Shown: piece after piece, positions 49,708 to 62,711 of the stretch
How the letters are laid out: every line of letters starts with the position of its first letter
How positions within the stretch are numbered: position 1 is the stretch's first letter
Source: Lingula anatina
Lineage: Eukaryota > Animalia > Brachiopoda
DNA: 64,000 nt
Reading direction: 5' to 3'
Assembly (NCBI GenBank): GCA_051362555.1
Contig: CM120647.1
Location: 19,320,651-19,384,650, forward strand
The notes under the pieces: model-generated
The model's database searches: none
Told to the model about the DNA's origin: nothing
What the model saw: the letters and a program-made list of their open reading frames with translations, nothing else
Translations under genes and position numbers: made by a program

Positions 49708-51032
49708 ATTTTCCAGAATTAAATTTTAGAAATTCCCATTGGTTACTATAAGAGGAAACTCGTAAGTACGGAGGGTGGGCGGTTCTCTCACGGTGCAGTC
49801 GGTAGCGTGCTTGGATGCAAATGAGATGCCCAAAGCGCCACCAACCATGGCAACGCAAAGTCACGAGTTCGAATTCCGGATGAGGCACGTCAGTCCATCA
49901 CGACAACGACCAGGCTCTTGAATCGGGACCCGGATGCCACGAGAACGAATCTGGGCTCTCCTGGGTCCTAGCAAATTACCTTTTGCATAAAAATACGGTA
50001 TACTTTAGAAAGTTTACATTAAATGATCGATTTAAAACGAACATATTGCTGGTCATTAGAATAAAGACTGCGTCGTCAATAATATTTCCTTTCTCTTCAG
50101 TTAAAAGTCCTTAGATTGGTGCCACAGATCTTGTACTTGTATTGAGATACATCTAACTCCGTATGTTCTGCATTTCATCAAAATGTGCTATCTTCTAGGT
50201 GGGATTATCAGAGAGAACATTTTTATTTATTTTTTTTTTTCTACAAAAGCCTCTATTGCTTTTCACAAGGACACATTTTGTCTTTTCATGCCCCTCCTTT
50301 CCATTCTTGCACCCTTGCTTTTTAAGACTGTTCATGTGTTCATACAGTACCCGGGGCAAGTTCGCAGTCGACATTCGAAAGAGTAAAGACTACTCAATAC
50401 TAAAATCGCCCAGGTGCGAACAGCTGTGGGCCTCATCGCACTGTGTATCGTCAAAGGTGAAAGCAAACGTTATCTCAGTGCAAAACAAAATGAAAATAAA
50501 GGCATCTGAAGTTATCTGACTAGGAACGTTCAGAGCAGGCCTATCAATGAAAGCCAACGAACTTGAATCGATTCAGTAGCTTTCCCGGTATAACAGCACG
50601 TCATACCACCTGTTAACCGTGTTCAGCAGAAAAATGATATCTTTATTTATAATTGCAAAATATGTTTTTTTCAAAATTTCCATCGATGCAATTGCCTTTA
50701 TGGAAATCGCACCAGTTATTACACATTTGAATGTTTTTTTCCTCTCTTCTAAGGGTCTCGCTAAAACTAAAACACGTCTGTTGTGAACCGCCTTTGATCC
50801 CATTGCACTCTTTAATGTCATGGGTAAAGCCAAAATCAATCTTAGTTTAAAACAAACTCCGAGCTCCGTGTTGGGTTCTCAAACACTCATGGCTTCCTGT
50901 ACATCATGAGTTTTACCGTTCATGATAACCCATGGATTCTCGATTGGGATAGCAGATACACACATGTTCATCCAACCTGGCCCTCTCCGTGACAAGGTTG
51001 AAAGTTCCCATCGGATCATTCCATATCAACGA

Positions 51033-51122
51033 AGCTGACGTGGCTCCGTGGTAACTTTGCTGTCTCGTTTACCGACAGACACTGGTACGCTGGTTCGAGA
51101 CCCAGCAAGTGTAGTACTTTTT
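51033..51122 (+). ncRNA. Vault-RNA-like gene, copy 10
   Basis: Box A, box B and T5 as in copy 1. Confidence 0.62.
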
Positions 51123-52446
51123 ATTTTCCAGAATTAAATTTTAGAAATTCCCATTGGTTACTATAAGAGGAAACTCGTAAGTACGGAGGGTGGGCGGGTC
51201 TCTCACGGTGCAGTCGGTAGCGTGCTTGGATGCAAATGAGATGCCCAAAGCGCCACCAACCATGGCAACGCAAAGTCACGAGTTCGAATCCCGGATGAGG
51301 CACGTCAGTCCATCACGACAACGACCGGGCCCTTGAATCGGGACCCGGATGCCACGAGAACGAATCTGGGCTCTCCTGGGTCCTAGCAAATTACCTTTTG
51401 CATAAAAATACGGTATACTTTAGAAAGTTTACATTAAATGATCGATTTAAAACGAACATATTGCTGGTCATTAGAATAAAGACTGCGTCGTCAATAATAT
51501 TTCCTTTCTCTTCAGTTAAAAGTCCTTAGATTGGTGCCACAGATCTTGTACTTGAATTGAGCTACAGCTAACTCCGTATGTTCTGCATTTCATCAAAATG
51601 TGCTATCTTCTAGGTGGGATTATCAGAGAGAACATTTTTATTTATTATTTTTTTCTACAAAAGCCTCTATTGCTTTCACAAGGACACATTTTGTCTTTTC
51701 ATGCCCCTCCTTTCCATTCTTGCACCCTTGCTTCTTAAGACTGTTCATGTGTTCATACAGTACCCGGGGCAAGTTCGCAGTCGACATTCGAAAGAGTAAA
51801 GACTACTCAATACTAAAATCGCCCAGGTGCGAACAGCTGTGGGCCTCATCGCACTGTGTATCGTCAAAGGTGAAAGCAAACGTTATCTCAGTGCAAAACA
51901 AAATGAAAATAAAGGCATCTGAAGTTATCTGACTAGGAACGTTCCGAGCAGGCCTATCAATGAAAGCCAACGAACTTGAATCGATTCAGTAGCTTTCCCG
52001 GTATAACAGCACGTCATACCACCTGTTAACCGTGTTCAGCAGAAAAATGATATCTTTATTTATAATTGCAAAATATGTTTTATTCAAAATTTCCATCGAT
52101 GCAATTGCCTTTATGGAAATCGCACCAGTTATTACACATTTGAATGTTTTTTTTCCTCTCTTCTAAGGGTCTCGCTAAAACTAAAACACGTCTGTTGTGA
52201 ACCGCCTTTGATCCCATTGCACTCTTTAATGTCATGGGTAAAGCCAAAATCAATCTTAGTTTAAAACAAACTCCGAGCTCCGTGTTGGGTTCTCAAACAC
52301 TCATGGCTTCCTGTACATCATGAGTTTTACCGTTCATGATAACCCATGGATTCTCGATTGGGATAGCAGATACACACATGTTCATCCAACCTGGCCCTCT
52401 CCGTGACAAGGTTGAAAGTTCCCATCGGATCATTCCATATCAATGA

Positions 52447-52536
52447 AGCTGACGTGGCTCCGTGGTAACTTTGCTGTCTCGTTTACCGACAGACACTGGT
52501 ACGCTGGTTCGAGACCCAGCAAGTGTAGTACTTTTT
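52447..52536 (+). ncRNA. Vault-RNA-like gene, copy 11
   Basis: Box A, box B and T5 as in copy 1. Confidence 0.62.
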
Positions 52537-53860
52537 ATTTTCCAGAATTAAATTTTAGAAATTCCCATTGGTTACTATAAGAGGAAACTCGTAAGTACGG
52601 AGGGTGGGCGGTTCTCTCACGGTGCAGTCGGTAGCGTGCTTGGATGCAAATGAGATGCCCAAAGCGCCACCAACCATGGCAACGCAAAGTCACGAGTTCG
52701 AATTCCGGATGAGGCACGTCAGTCCATCACGACAACGACCAGGCTCTTGAATCGGGACCCGGATGCCACGAGAACGAATCTGGGCTCTCCTGGGTCCTAG
52801 CAAATTACCTTTTGCATAAAAATACGGTATACTTTAGAAAGTTTACATTAAATGATCGATTTAAAACGAACATATTGCTGGTCATTAGAATAAAGACTGC
52901 GTCGTCAATAATATTTCCTTTCTCTTCAGTTAAAAGTCCTTAGATTGGTGCCACAGATCTTGTACTTGTATTGAGATACATCTAACTCCGTATGTTCTGC
53001 ATTTCATCAAAATGTGCTATCTTCTAGGTGGGATTATCAGAGAGAACATTTTTATTTATTTTTTTTTTTCTACAAAAGCCTCTATTGCTTTTCACAAGGA
53101 CACATTTTGTCTTTTCATGCCCCTCCTTTCCATTCTTGCACCCTTGCTTCTTAAGACTGTTCATGTGTTCATACAGTACCCGGGGCAAGTTCGCAGTCGA
53201 CATTCGAAAGAGTAAAGACTACTCAATACTAAAATCGCCCAGGTGCGAACAGCTGTGGGCCTCATCGCACTGTGTATCGTCAAAGGTGAAAGCAAACGTT
53301 ATCTCAGTGCAAAACAAAATGAAAATAAAGGCATCTGAAGTTATCTGACTAGGAACGTTCAGAGCAGGCCTATCAATGAAAGCCAACGAACTTGAATCGA
53401 TTCAGTAGCTTTCCCGGTATAACAGCACGTCATACCACCTGTTAACCGTGTTCAGCAGAAAAATGATATCTTTATTTATAATTGCAAAATATGTTTTTTT
53501 CAAAATTTCCATCGATGCAATTGCCTTTATGGAAATCGCACCAGTTATTACACATTTGAATGTTTTTTCCTCTCTTCTAAGGGTCTCGCTAAAACTAAAA
53601 CACGTCTGTTGTGAACCGCCTTTGATCCCATTGCACTCTTTAATGTCATGGGTAAAGCCAAAATCAATCTTAGTTTAAAACAAACTCCGAGCTCCGTGTT
53701 GGGTTCTCAAACACTCATGGCTTCCTGTACATCATGAGTTTTACCGTTCATGATAACCCATGGATTCTCGATTGGGATAGCAGATACACACATGTTCATC
53801 CAACCTGGCCCTCTCCGTGACAAGGTTGAAAGTTCCCATCGGATCATTCCATATCAACGA

Positions 53861-53950
53861 AGCTGACGTGGCTCCGTGGTAACTTTGCTGTCTCGTTTAC
53901 CGACAGACACTGGTACGCTGGTTCGAGACCCAGCAAGTGTAGTACTTTTT
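53861..53950 (+). ncRNA. Vault-RNA-like gene, copy 12
   Basis: Box A, box B and T5 as in copy 1. Confidence 0.62.
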
Positions 53951-55275
53951 ATTTTCCAGAATTAAATTTTAGAAATTCCCATTGGTTACTATAAGAGGAA
54001 ACTCGTAAGTACGGAGGGTGGGCGGGTCTCTCACGGTGCAGTCGGTAGCGTGCTTGGATGCAAATGAGATGCCCAAAGCGCCACCAACCATGGCAACGCA
54101 AAGTCACGAGTTCGAATTCCGGATGAGGCACGTCAGTCCATCACGACAACGACCAGGCTCTTGAATCGGGACCCGGATGCCACGAGAACGAATCTGGGCT
54201 CTCCTGGGTCCTAGCAAATTACCTTTTGCATAAAAATACGGTATACTTTAGAAAGTTTACATTAAATGATCGATTTAAAACGAACATATTGCTGGTCATT
54301 AGAATAAAGACTGCGTCGTCAATAATATTTCCTTTCTCTTCAGTTAAAAGTCCTTAGATTGGTGCCACAGATCTTGTACTTGTATTGAGATACATCTAAC
54401 TCCGTATGTTCTGCATTTCATCAAAATGTGCTATCTTCTAGGTGGGATTATCAGAGAGAACATTTTTATTTATTTTTTTTTTTCTACAAAAGCCTCTATT
54501 GCTTTTCACAAGGACACATTTTGTCTTTTCATGCCCCTCCTTTCCATTCTTGCACCCTTGCTTCTTAAGACTGTTCATGTGTTCATACAGTACCCGGGGC
54601 AAGTTCGCAGTCGACATTCGAAAGAGTAAAGACTACTCAATACTAAAATCGCCCAGGTGCGAACAGCTGTGGGCCTCATCGCACTGTGTATCGTCAAAGG
54701 TGAAAGCAAACGTTATCTCAGTGCAAAACAAAATGAAAATAAAGGCATCTGAAGTTATCTGACTAGGAACGTTCAGAGCAGGCCTATCAATGAAAGCCAA
54801 CGAACTTGAATCGATTCAGTAGCTTTCCCGGTATAACAGCACGTCATACCACCTGTTAACCGTGTTCAGCAGAAAAATGATATCTTTATTTATAATTGCA
54901 AAATATGTTTTTTTCAAAATTTCCATCGATGCAATTGCCTTTATGGAAATCGCACCAGTTATTACACATTTGAATGTTTTTTTCCTCTCTTTTAAGGGTC
55001 TCGCTAAAACTAAAACACGTCTGTTGTGAACCGCCTTTGATCCCATTGCACTCTTTAATGTCATGGGTAAAGCCAAAATCAATCTTAGTTTAAAACAAAC
55101 TCCGAGCTCCGTGTTGGGTTCTCAAACACTCATGGCTTCCTGTACATCATGAGTTTTACCGTTCATGATAACCCATGGATTCTCGATTGGGATAGCAGAT
55201 ACACACATGTTCATCCAACCTGGCCCTCTCCCTGACAAGGTTGAAAGTTCCCATCGGATCATTCCATATCAACGA

Positions 55276-55365
55276 AGCTGACGTGGCTCCGTGGTAACTT
55301 TGCTGTCTCGTTTACCGACAGACACTGGTACGCTGGTTCGAGACCCAGCAAGTGTAGTACTTTTT
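55276..55365 (+). ncRNA. Vault-RNA-like gene, copy 13
   Basis: Box A, box B and T5 as in copy 1. Confidence 0.62.
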
Positions 55366-56691
55366 ATTTTCCAGAATTAAATTTTAGAAATTCCCATTGG
55401 TTACTATAAGAGGAAACTCGTAAGTACGGAGGGTGGGCGGGTCTCTCACGGTGCAGTCGGTAGCGTGCTTGGATGCAAATGAGATGCCCAAAGCGCCACC
55501 AACCATGGCAACGCAAAGTCACGAGTTCGAATCCCGGATGAGGCACGTCAGTCCATCACGACAACGACCGGGCCCTTGAATCGGGACCCGGATGCCACGA
55601 GAACGAATCTGGGCTCTCCTGGGTCCTAGCAAATTACCTTTTGCATAAAAATACGGTATACTTTAGAAAGTTTACATTAAATGATCGATTTAAAACGAAC
55701 ATATTGCTGGTCATTAGAATAAAGACTGCGTCGTCAATAATATTTCCTTTCTCTTCAGTTAAAAGTCCTTAGATTGGTGCCACAGATCTTGTACTTGTAT
55801 TGAGCTACAGCTAACTCCGTATGTTCTGCATTTCATCAAAATGTGCTATCTTCTAGGTGGGATTATCAGAGAGAACATTTTTATTTATTATTTTTTTTCT
55901 ACAAAAGCCTCTATTGCATTTCACAAGGACACATTTTGTCTTTTCATGCCCCTCCTTTCCATTCTTGCACCCTTGCTTCTTAAGACTGTTCATGTGTTCA
56001 TACAGTACCCGGGGCAAGTTCGCAGTCGACATTCGAAAGAGTAAAGACTACTCAATACTAAAATCGCCCAGGTGCGAACAGCTGTGGGCCTCATCGCACT
56101 GTGTATCGTCAAAGGTGAAAGCAAACGTTATCTCAGTGCAAAACAAAATGAAAATAAAGGCATCTGAAGTTATCTGACTAGGAACGTTCCGAGCAGGCCT
56201 ATCAATGAAAGCCAACGAACTTGAATCGATTCAGTAGCTTTCCCGGTATAACAGCACGTCATACCACCTGTTAACCGTGTTCAGCAGAAAAATGATATCT
56301 TTATTTATAATTGCAAAATATGTTTTTTTCAAAATTTCCATCGATGCAATTGCCTTTATGGAAATCGCACCAGTTATTACACATTTGAATGTTTTTTTTC
56401 CTCTCTTCTAAGGGTCTCGCTAAAACTAAAACACGTCTGTTGTGAACCGCCTTTGATCCCATTGCACTCTTTAATGTCATGGGTAAAGCCAAAATCAATC
56501 TTAGTTTAAAACAAACTCCGAGCTCCGTGTCGGGTTCTCAAACACTCATGGCTTCCTGTACATCATGAGTTTTACCGTTCATGATAACCCATGGATTCTC
56601 GATTGGGATAGCAGATACACACATGTTCATCCAACCTGGCCCTCTCCGTGACAAGGTTGAAAGTTCCCATCGGATCATTCCATATCAACGA

Positions 56692-56781
56692 AGCTGACGT
56701 GGCTCCGTGGTAACTTTGCTGTCTCGTTTACCGACAGACACTGGTACGCTGGTTCGAGACCCAGCAAGTGTAGTACTTTTT
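56692..56781 (+). ncRNA. Vault-RNA-like gene, copy 14
   Basis: Box A, box B and T5 as in copy 1. Confidence 0.62.
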
Positions 56782-58106
56782 ATTTTCCAGAATTAAATTT
56801 TAGAAATTCCCATTGGTTACTATAAGAGGAAACTCGTAAGTACGGAGGGTGGGCGGTTCTCTCACGGTGCAGTCGGTAGCGTGCTTGGATGCAAATGAGA
56901 TGCCCAAAGCGCCACCAACCATGGCAACGCAAAGTCACGAGTTCGAATCCCGGATGAGGCACGTCAGTCCATCACGACAACGACCGGGCCCTTGAATCGG
57001 GACCCGGATGCCACGAGAACGAATCTGGGCTCTCCTGGGTCCTAGCAAATTACCTTTTGCATAAAAATACGGTATACTTTAGAAAGTTTACATTAAATGA
57101 TCGATTTAAAACGAACATATTGCTGGTCATTAGAATAAAGACTGCGTCGTCAATAATATTTCCTTTCTCTTCAGTTAAAAGTCCTTAGATTGGTGCCACA
57201 GATCTTGTACTTGTATTGAGCTACATCTAACTCCGTATGTTCTGCATTTCATCAAAATGTGCTATCTTCTAGGTGGGATTATCAGAGAGAACATTTTTAT
57301 TTATTATTTTTTTCTACAAAAGCCTCTATTGCTTTTCACAAGGACACATTTTGTCTTTTCATGCCCCTCCTTTCCATTCTTGCACCCTTGCTTCTTAAGA
57401 CTGTTCATGTGTTCATACAGTACCCGGGGCAAGTTCGCAGTCGACATTCGAAAGAGTAAAGACTACTCAATACTAAAATCGCCCAGGTGCGAACAGCTGT
57501 GGGCCTCATCGCACTGTGTATCGTCAAAGGTGAAAGCAAACGTTATCTCAGTGCAAAACAAAATGAAAATAAAGGCATCTGAAGTTATCTGACTAGGAAC
57601 GTTCAGAGCAGGCCTATCAATGAAAGCCAACGAACTTGAATCGATTCAGTAGCTTTCCCGGTATAACAGCACGTCATACCACCTGTTAACCGTGTTCAGC
57701 AGAAAAATGATATCTTTATTTATAATTGCAAAATATGTTTTTTTCAAAATTTCCATCGATGCAATTGCCTTTATGGAAATCGCACCAGTTATTACACATT
57801 TGAATGTTTTTTTTCCTCTCTTCTAAGGGTCTCGCTAAAACTAAAACACGTCTGTTGTGAACCGCCTTTGATCCCATTGCACTCTTTAATGTCATGGGTA
57901 AAGCCAAAATCAATCTTAGTTTAAAACAAACTCCGAGCTCCGTGTCGGGTTCTCAAACACTCATGGCTTCCTGTACATCATGAGTTTTACCGTTCATGAT
58001 AACCCATGGATTCTCGATTGGGATAGCAGATACACACATGTTCATCCAACCTGGCCCTCTCCGTGACAAGGTTGAAAGTTCCCATCGGATCATTCCATAT
58101 CAACGA

Positions 58107-58196
58107 AGCTGACGTGGCTCCGTGGTAACTTTGCTGTCTCGTTTACCGACAGACACTGGTACGCTGGTTCGAGACCCAGCAAGTGTAGTACTTTTT
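58107..58196 (+). ncRNA. Vault-RNA-like gene, copy 15
   Basis: Box A, box B and T5 as in copy 1. Confidence 0.62.
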
Positions 58197-59504
58197 ATTT
58201 TCCAGAATTAAATTTTAGAAATTCCCATTGGTTACTATAAGAGGAAACTCGTAAGTACGGAGGGTGGGCGGGTCTCTCACGGTGCAGTCGGTAGCGTGCT
58301 TGGATGCAAATGAGATGCCCAAAGCGCCACCAACCATGGCAACGCAAAGTCACGAGTTCGAATCCCGGATGAGGCACGTCAGTCCATCACGACAACGACC
58401 GGGCCCTTGAATCGGGACCCGGATGCCACGAGAACGAATCTGGGCTCTCCTGGGTCCTAGCAAATTACCTTTTGCATAAAAATACGGTATACTTTAGAAA
58501 GTTTACATTAAATGATCGATTTAAAACGAACATATTGCTGGTCATTAGAATAAAGACTGCGTCGTCAATAATATTTCCTTTCTCTTCAGTTAAAAGTCCT
58601 TAGATTGGTGCCACAGATCTTGTACTTGTATTGAGCTACATCTAACTCCGTATGTTCTGCATTTCATCAAAATGTGCTATCTTCTAGGTGGGATTATCAG
58701 AGAGAACATTTTTATTTATTATTTTTTTCTACAAAAGCCTCTATTGCTTTTCACAAGGACACATTTTGTCTTTTCATGCCCCTCCTTTCCATTCTTGCAC
58801 CCTTGCTTCTTAAGACTGTTCATGTGTTCATACAGTACCCGGGGCAAGTTCGCAGTCGACATTCGAAAGAGTAAAGACTACTCAATACTAAAATCGCCCA
58901 GGTGCGAACAGCTGTGGGCCTCATCGCACTGTGTATCGTCAAAGGTGAAAGCAAACGTTATCTCAGTGCAAAACAAAATGAAAATAAAGGCATCTGGAGT
59001 TATCTGACTAGGAACGTTCCGAGCAGGCCTATCAATGAAAGCCAACGAACTTGAATCGATTATAACAGCACGTCATACCACCTGTTAACCGTGTTCAGCA
59101 GAAAAATGATATCTTTATTTATAATTGCAAAATATGTTTTATTCAAAATTTCCATCGATGCAATTGCCTTTATGGAAATCGCACCAGTTATTACACATTT
59201 GAATGTTTTTTTCCTCTCTTCTAAGGGTCTCGCTAAAACTAAAACACGTCTGTTGTGAACCGCCTTTGATCCCATTGCACTCTTTAATGTCATGGGTAAA
59301 GCCAAAATCAATCTTAGTTTAAAACAAACTCCGAGCTCCGTGTCGGGTTCTCAAACACTCATGGCTTCCTATACATCATGAGTTTTACCGTTCATGATAA
59401 CCCATGGATTCTCGATTGGGATAGCAGATACACACATGTTCATCCAACCTGGCCCTCTCCGTGACAAGGTTGAAAGTTCCCATCGGATCATTCCATATCA
59501 ACGA

Positions 59505-59594
59505 AGCTGACGTGGCTCCGTGGTAACTTTGCTGTCTCGTTTACCGACAGACACTGGTACGCTGGTTCGAGACCCAGCAAGTGTAGTACTTTTT
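59505..59594 (+). ncRNA. Vault-RNA-like gene, copy 16
   Basis: Box A, box B and T5 as in copy 1. Confidence 0.62.
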
Positions 59595-60624
59595 ATTTTC
59601 CAGAATTAAATTTTAGAAATTCCCATTGGTTACTATAAGAGGAAACTCGTAAGTACGGAGGGTGGGCGGGTCTGTCACGGTGCAGTAGGTAGCGTGCTTG
59701 GATGCAAATGAGATGCCCAAAGCGCCACCAACCATGGCAACGCAAAGTCACGAGTTCGAATCCCGGATGAGGCACGTCAGTCCATCACGACAACGACCGG
59801 GCCCTTGAATCGGGACCCTGATGCCACGAGAACGAATCTGGGCTCTCCTGGGTTCTAGCAAATTACCTTTTGCTTCTTAAGACTGTTCATGTGTTCATAC
59901 AGTACCCGGGGCAAGTTCGCAGTCGACATTCGAAAGAGTAAAGACTACTCAATACTAAAACCGCCAAGGTGCGAACAGCTGTGGGCCTCATCGCACTGTG
60001 TATCGTCAAAGGTGAAAGCAAACGTTATCTCAGTGCAAAACAAAATGTGTTTCTTTTGCTGCATAGAACAGAACAGTAGAGTAGCCTGCTTTTTAATTTT
60101 GTTCCTACCACTCAGTAATAATGTTTTAATTTGAAAATATTATGACTTAAAAGGAGAGTTTCATGCCACTGATACTGTTGAATGAATTCAAAGATAGCTT
60201 CAGTGTTCTTTTTCACATGTAACTATAAAATAACAAAATGAAATAAAAATGATTTTTAAATCAATATATAAAAATACTTAAAAGATATCAATTGTGTGTT
60301 TTATTGATATGAAATTTAATGGACTAATATAATTTTTAATACAAGACTTACATAACCTTTCAGCATGTATTTCTTTCTCAACATTTATGAATTACAAAAA
60401 TATACTCAAGCATGTTTTCAAGTTTATCATGAAAAAATACATGGCCATTCATAATAATCAATTTAATAGCCAGAGAGAAAAATATAAAATATACAGAGCA
60501 AATATTGATGGGATTTTTTTCTTCATAAATTAATTAACTTAAATATATCAACAGGGTCTTTCATAACAGTTGACTAACTTCTGAAATGTAAATAAATGAT
60601 ATGCTTCATGAATTCAAACTACAT

Positions 60625-60810
60625 CTACAGCTCATCCCTGGGACGTGGCTCCTCTTGGATTGTGCTGCTGCCTTGTGGCAGGTTGAGAATGTTTGCAACT
60701 TTTTGCAGTTTACTCTTCTCCATTTCTAAAAGTTCTTTTCTAGTAAGGTAACTTTTGTCACTTGAGTTAAGAATTTGAAACACTTCATCTGCATCTGGAA
60801 AATCGTCCAT
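60625..60810 (-). CDS. Terminal coding exon of a convergent gene encoding a probable ER-luminal protein (C-terminal RDEL, degenerate EF-hand-like segment)
   Basis: A TTTTCAG acceptor lies directly before 60810. The exon reads ...ADEVFQILNSSDKSYLTRKELL...PRPRDEL*. Two other copies in the window conserve the C-terminus. Confidence 0.7.
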   Translation of the reverse strand: MDDFPDADEVFQILNSSDKSYLTRKELLEMEKSKLQKVANILNLPQGSSTIQEEPRPRDEL

Positions 60811-61148
60811 CTGAAAATATCAAGAGGGGAAGACTAGAGTTGTCTGTATGTAGCTCTCTTTCACATGTCACTATTACTGAAAATAATAAACCTTAAAAAA
60901 CTAATAATTAAGAACAATGGAGTGATAATTGTCATCTGATTGTAAAAAGCTGATCAACTCAATAAAAAATCATACAAACAAACTAACAAATAAATAAATA
61001 ATAACCTGAGGCCTTTTCTTTCTCAGCAGTAACCCCCCGCCATTTCAACTTTTGAAGCAAATATTAATTTTGAAAATAAGAAAAACAGAGAGAAACAAGG
61101 CAGCAAAGCTGTCAAATGTACAGACAAAAAACAGATAATAAAGATGCA

Positions 61149-62630
61149 AAATAGGTCATTTTGTTAATTTTGATGCAATAATAAATAATGCTTATAATAA
61201 CACAGTCAGTAAACACTGAATTTTAATCATGCACAACAGGTAACATGGTCAATAACAGGAGCAGATCCAGAGATATTTTCTGACAGTATTCCAAAGTATC
61301 TTTGTTGATCCATCCTCCACTTTTGATGGTCTTCCAACAGAAAAAAATTGATACCAGTCAATGTAAACTTTAAAATCTGACCGTCATCTGAAAGACCCAG
61401 AAGACGGCCTCAATCCACCCCTGCAATAAGATTAGTTTCTGGACTATGAGAGTTCAAATTCACATAATGAAAATCCCAATATTTGAAAAATGTTGACAGT
61501 GCATAAAATAATATTACATAATGTTTAAAGACATAAAAACCTATGCAACTGCTTATGTGGAAATACAGAAAATCTGAAGAGCTTCAGGTGGATGGGAGTT
61601 GAAAATGCCAGTGTTTAGAAAAAAAATTAAAAAGGAAACACACACAAAAAAAAATTCCAATAAAGCTGCTATTCAAACTTTTAATCTTGCTGTATTAACA
61701 TGATATGAATAACCCCAACGTGTTTGAGGATAATAAGGCACTGTTATTCATCTATAGCATTAATGTTGGCATTACACAATTTTTTTTTCTTTTGTAAACT
61801 TATTTGCAATATTAAACAGCATTTACCTGCATAATTATCACCAATTTCTAATTATGTGACACAGTTAAGGAGGTTAACCTATAGAAAATGGGTCATTTTG
61901 TCAATTTTGATGCAATAATAAATAATGCTTATAATAGCACTGTCAATCAACACTGAATTTTAATCATGCACAACAGGTAACATGCTCAATAACTGGAGCA
62001 GATCCAGAGATATTTTCTGACAGTATTCCAAACTTTATTTGTTGATCCATCCTCCACTTTTGATGGTCTTCCAACAGAAAAAAACTGATACCAGTCAATG
62101 TAAACTTTAAAATCTGACCGTCATCTGAAAGACCCAGAAGACGGCCTCAATCCACCCCTGCAATAAGATTATAGTTTCTGGACCATGAGAGTTCAAATTC
62201 ACATAATGAAAATTCCAATATTTGAAAAATGTTGACAGTGCATAAAATAATATTACATAATGTTTAAAGACATAAAAACCTATGCAACTGCTTATGTGGA
62301 AATACAGAAAATCTGAAGAGCTTCAGGTGGATAGGAGTTGAAAATGCCAGTGTTTAGAAAAAAATTAAAAAGAAAACACAAAAAAAAAAAAAAAAAAATT
62401 CCAATAAAGCTGCTATTCAAACTTTTAATCTTGCTGTATTAACATGATATGAATAATCCCAATGTGTTTGAGGATAATAAGGCACTGTTATTCATCTATA
62501 GCATTAATGTTGGCATTACACAATTTTTTTTTTCTTTTGTAAACTTATTTGCAATATTAAACAACATTTACCTGCATAATTATCACCAATTCCTAATTAT
62601 GTGACACAGTTAAGAGAGCTTAACCTATAG
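61149..62630. repeat. ~737 bp tandem duplication (2 copies), intronic
   Basis: ggtcattttgt.aattttgatgcaataataaataatgc...ttaacctatag at ~61149 and ~61886, high identity. Confidence 0.93.
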
Positions 62631-62711
62631 GACTTGAATGGGAAATCTCAACGTGTGTTTTATGTAATCTTATTTAATGGGCACTTGAAAATCAATTAGG
62701 CAAGTAATTTT

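Larger units (their letters stand above)
37940..60047. repeat. Tandem array of ~1414 bp units (16 cores, ~22.1 kb) carrying Pol III-type RNA genes
   Basis: The same landmark recurs at 38400, 39811, 41224, 42639, 44049, 45463, 46877, 48292, 49706, 51121, 52535, 53949, 55364, 56780, 58195 and 59593. Units differ only by scattered SNPs and indels. Confidence 0.99.

Noticed and set aside
37940-60047. CRISPR array, or rDNA/5S/histone repeat
   Set aside because: There are no short repeats with unique spacers, and no rRNA or histone sequence was recognised.
38400-60134. Repeated 60-110 aa ORFs in the array as protein-coding genes
   Set aside because: No recognisable domains, and homopolymer indels shift the frames freely between units.
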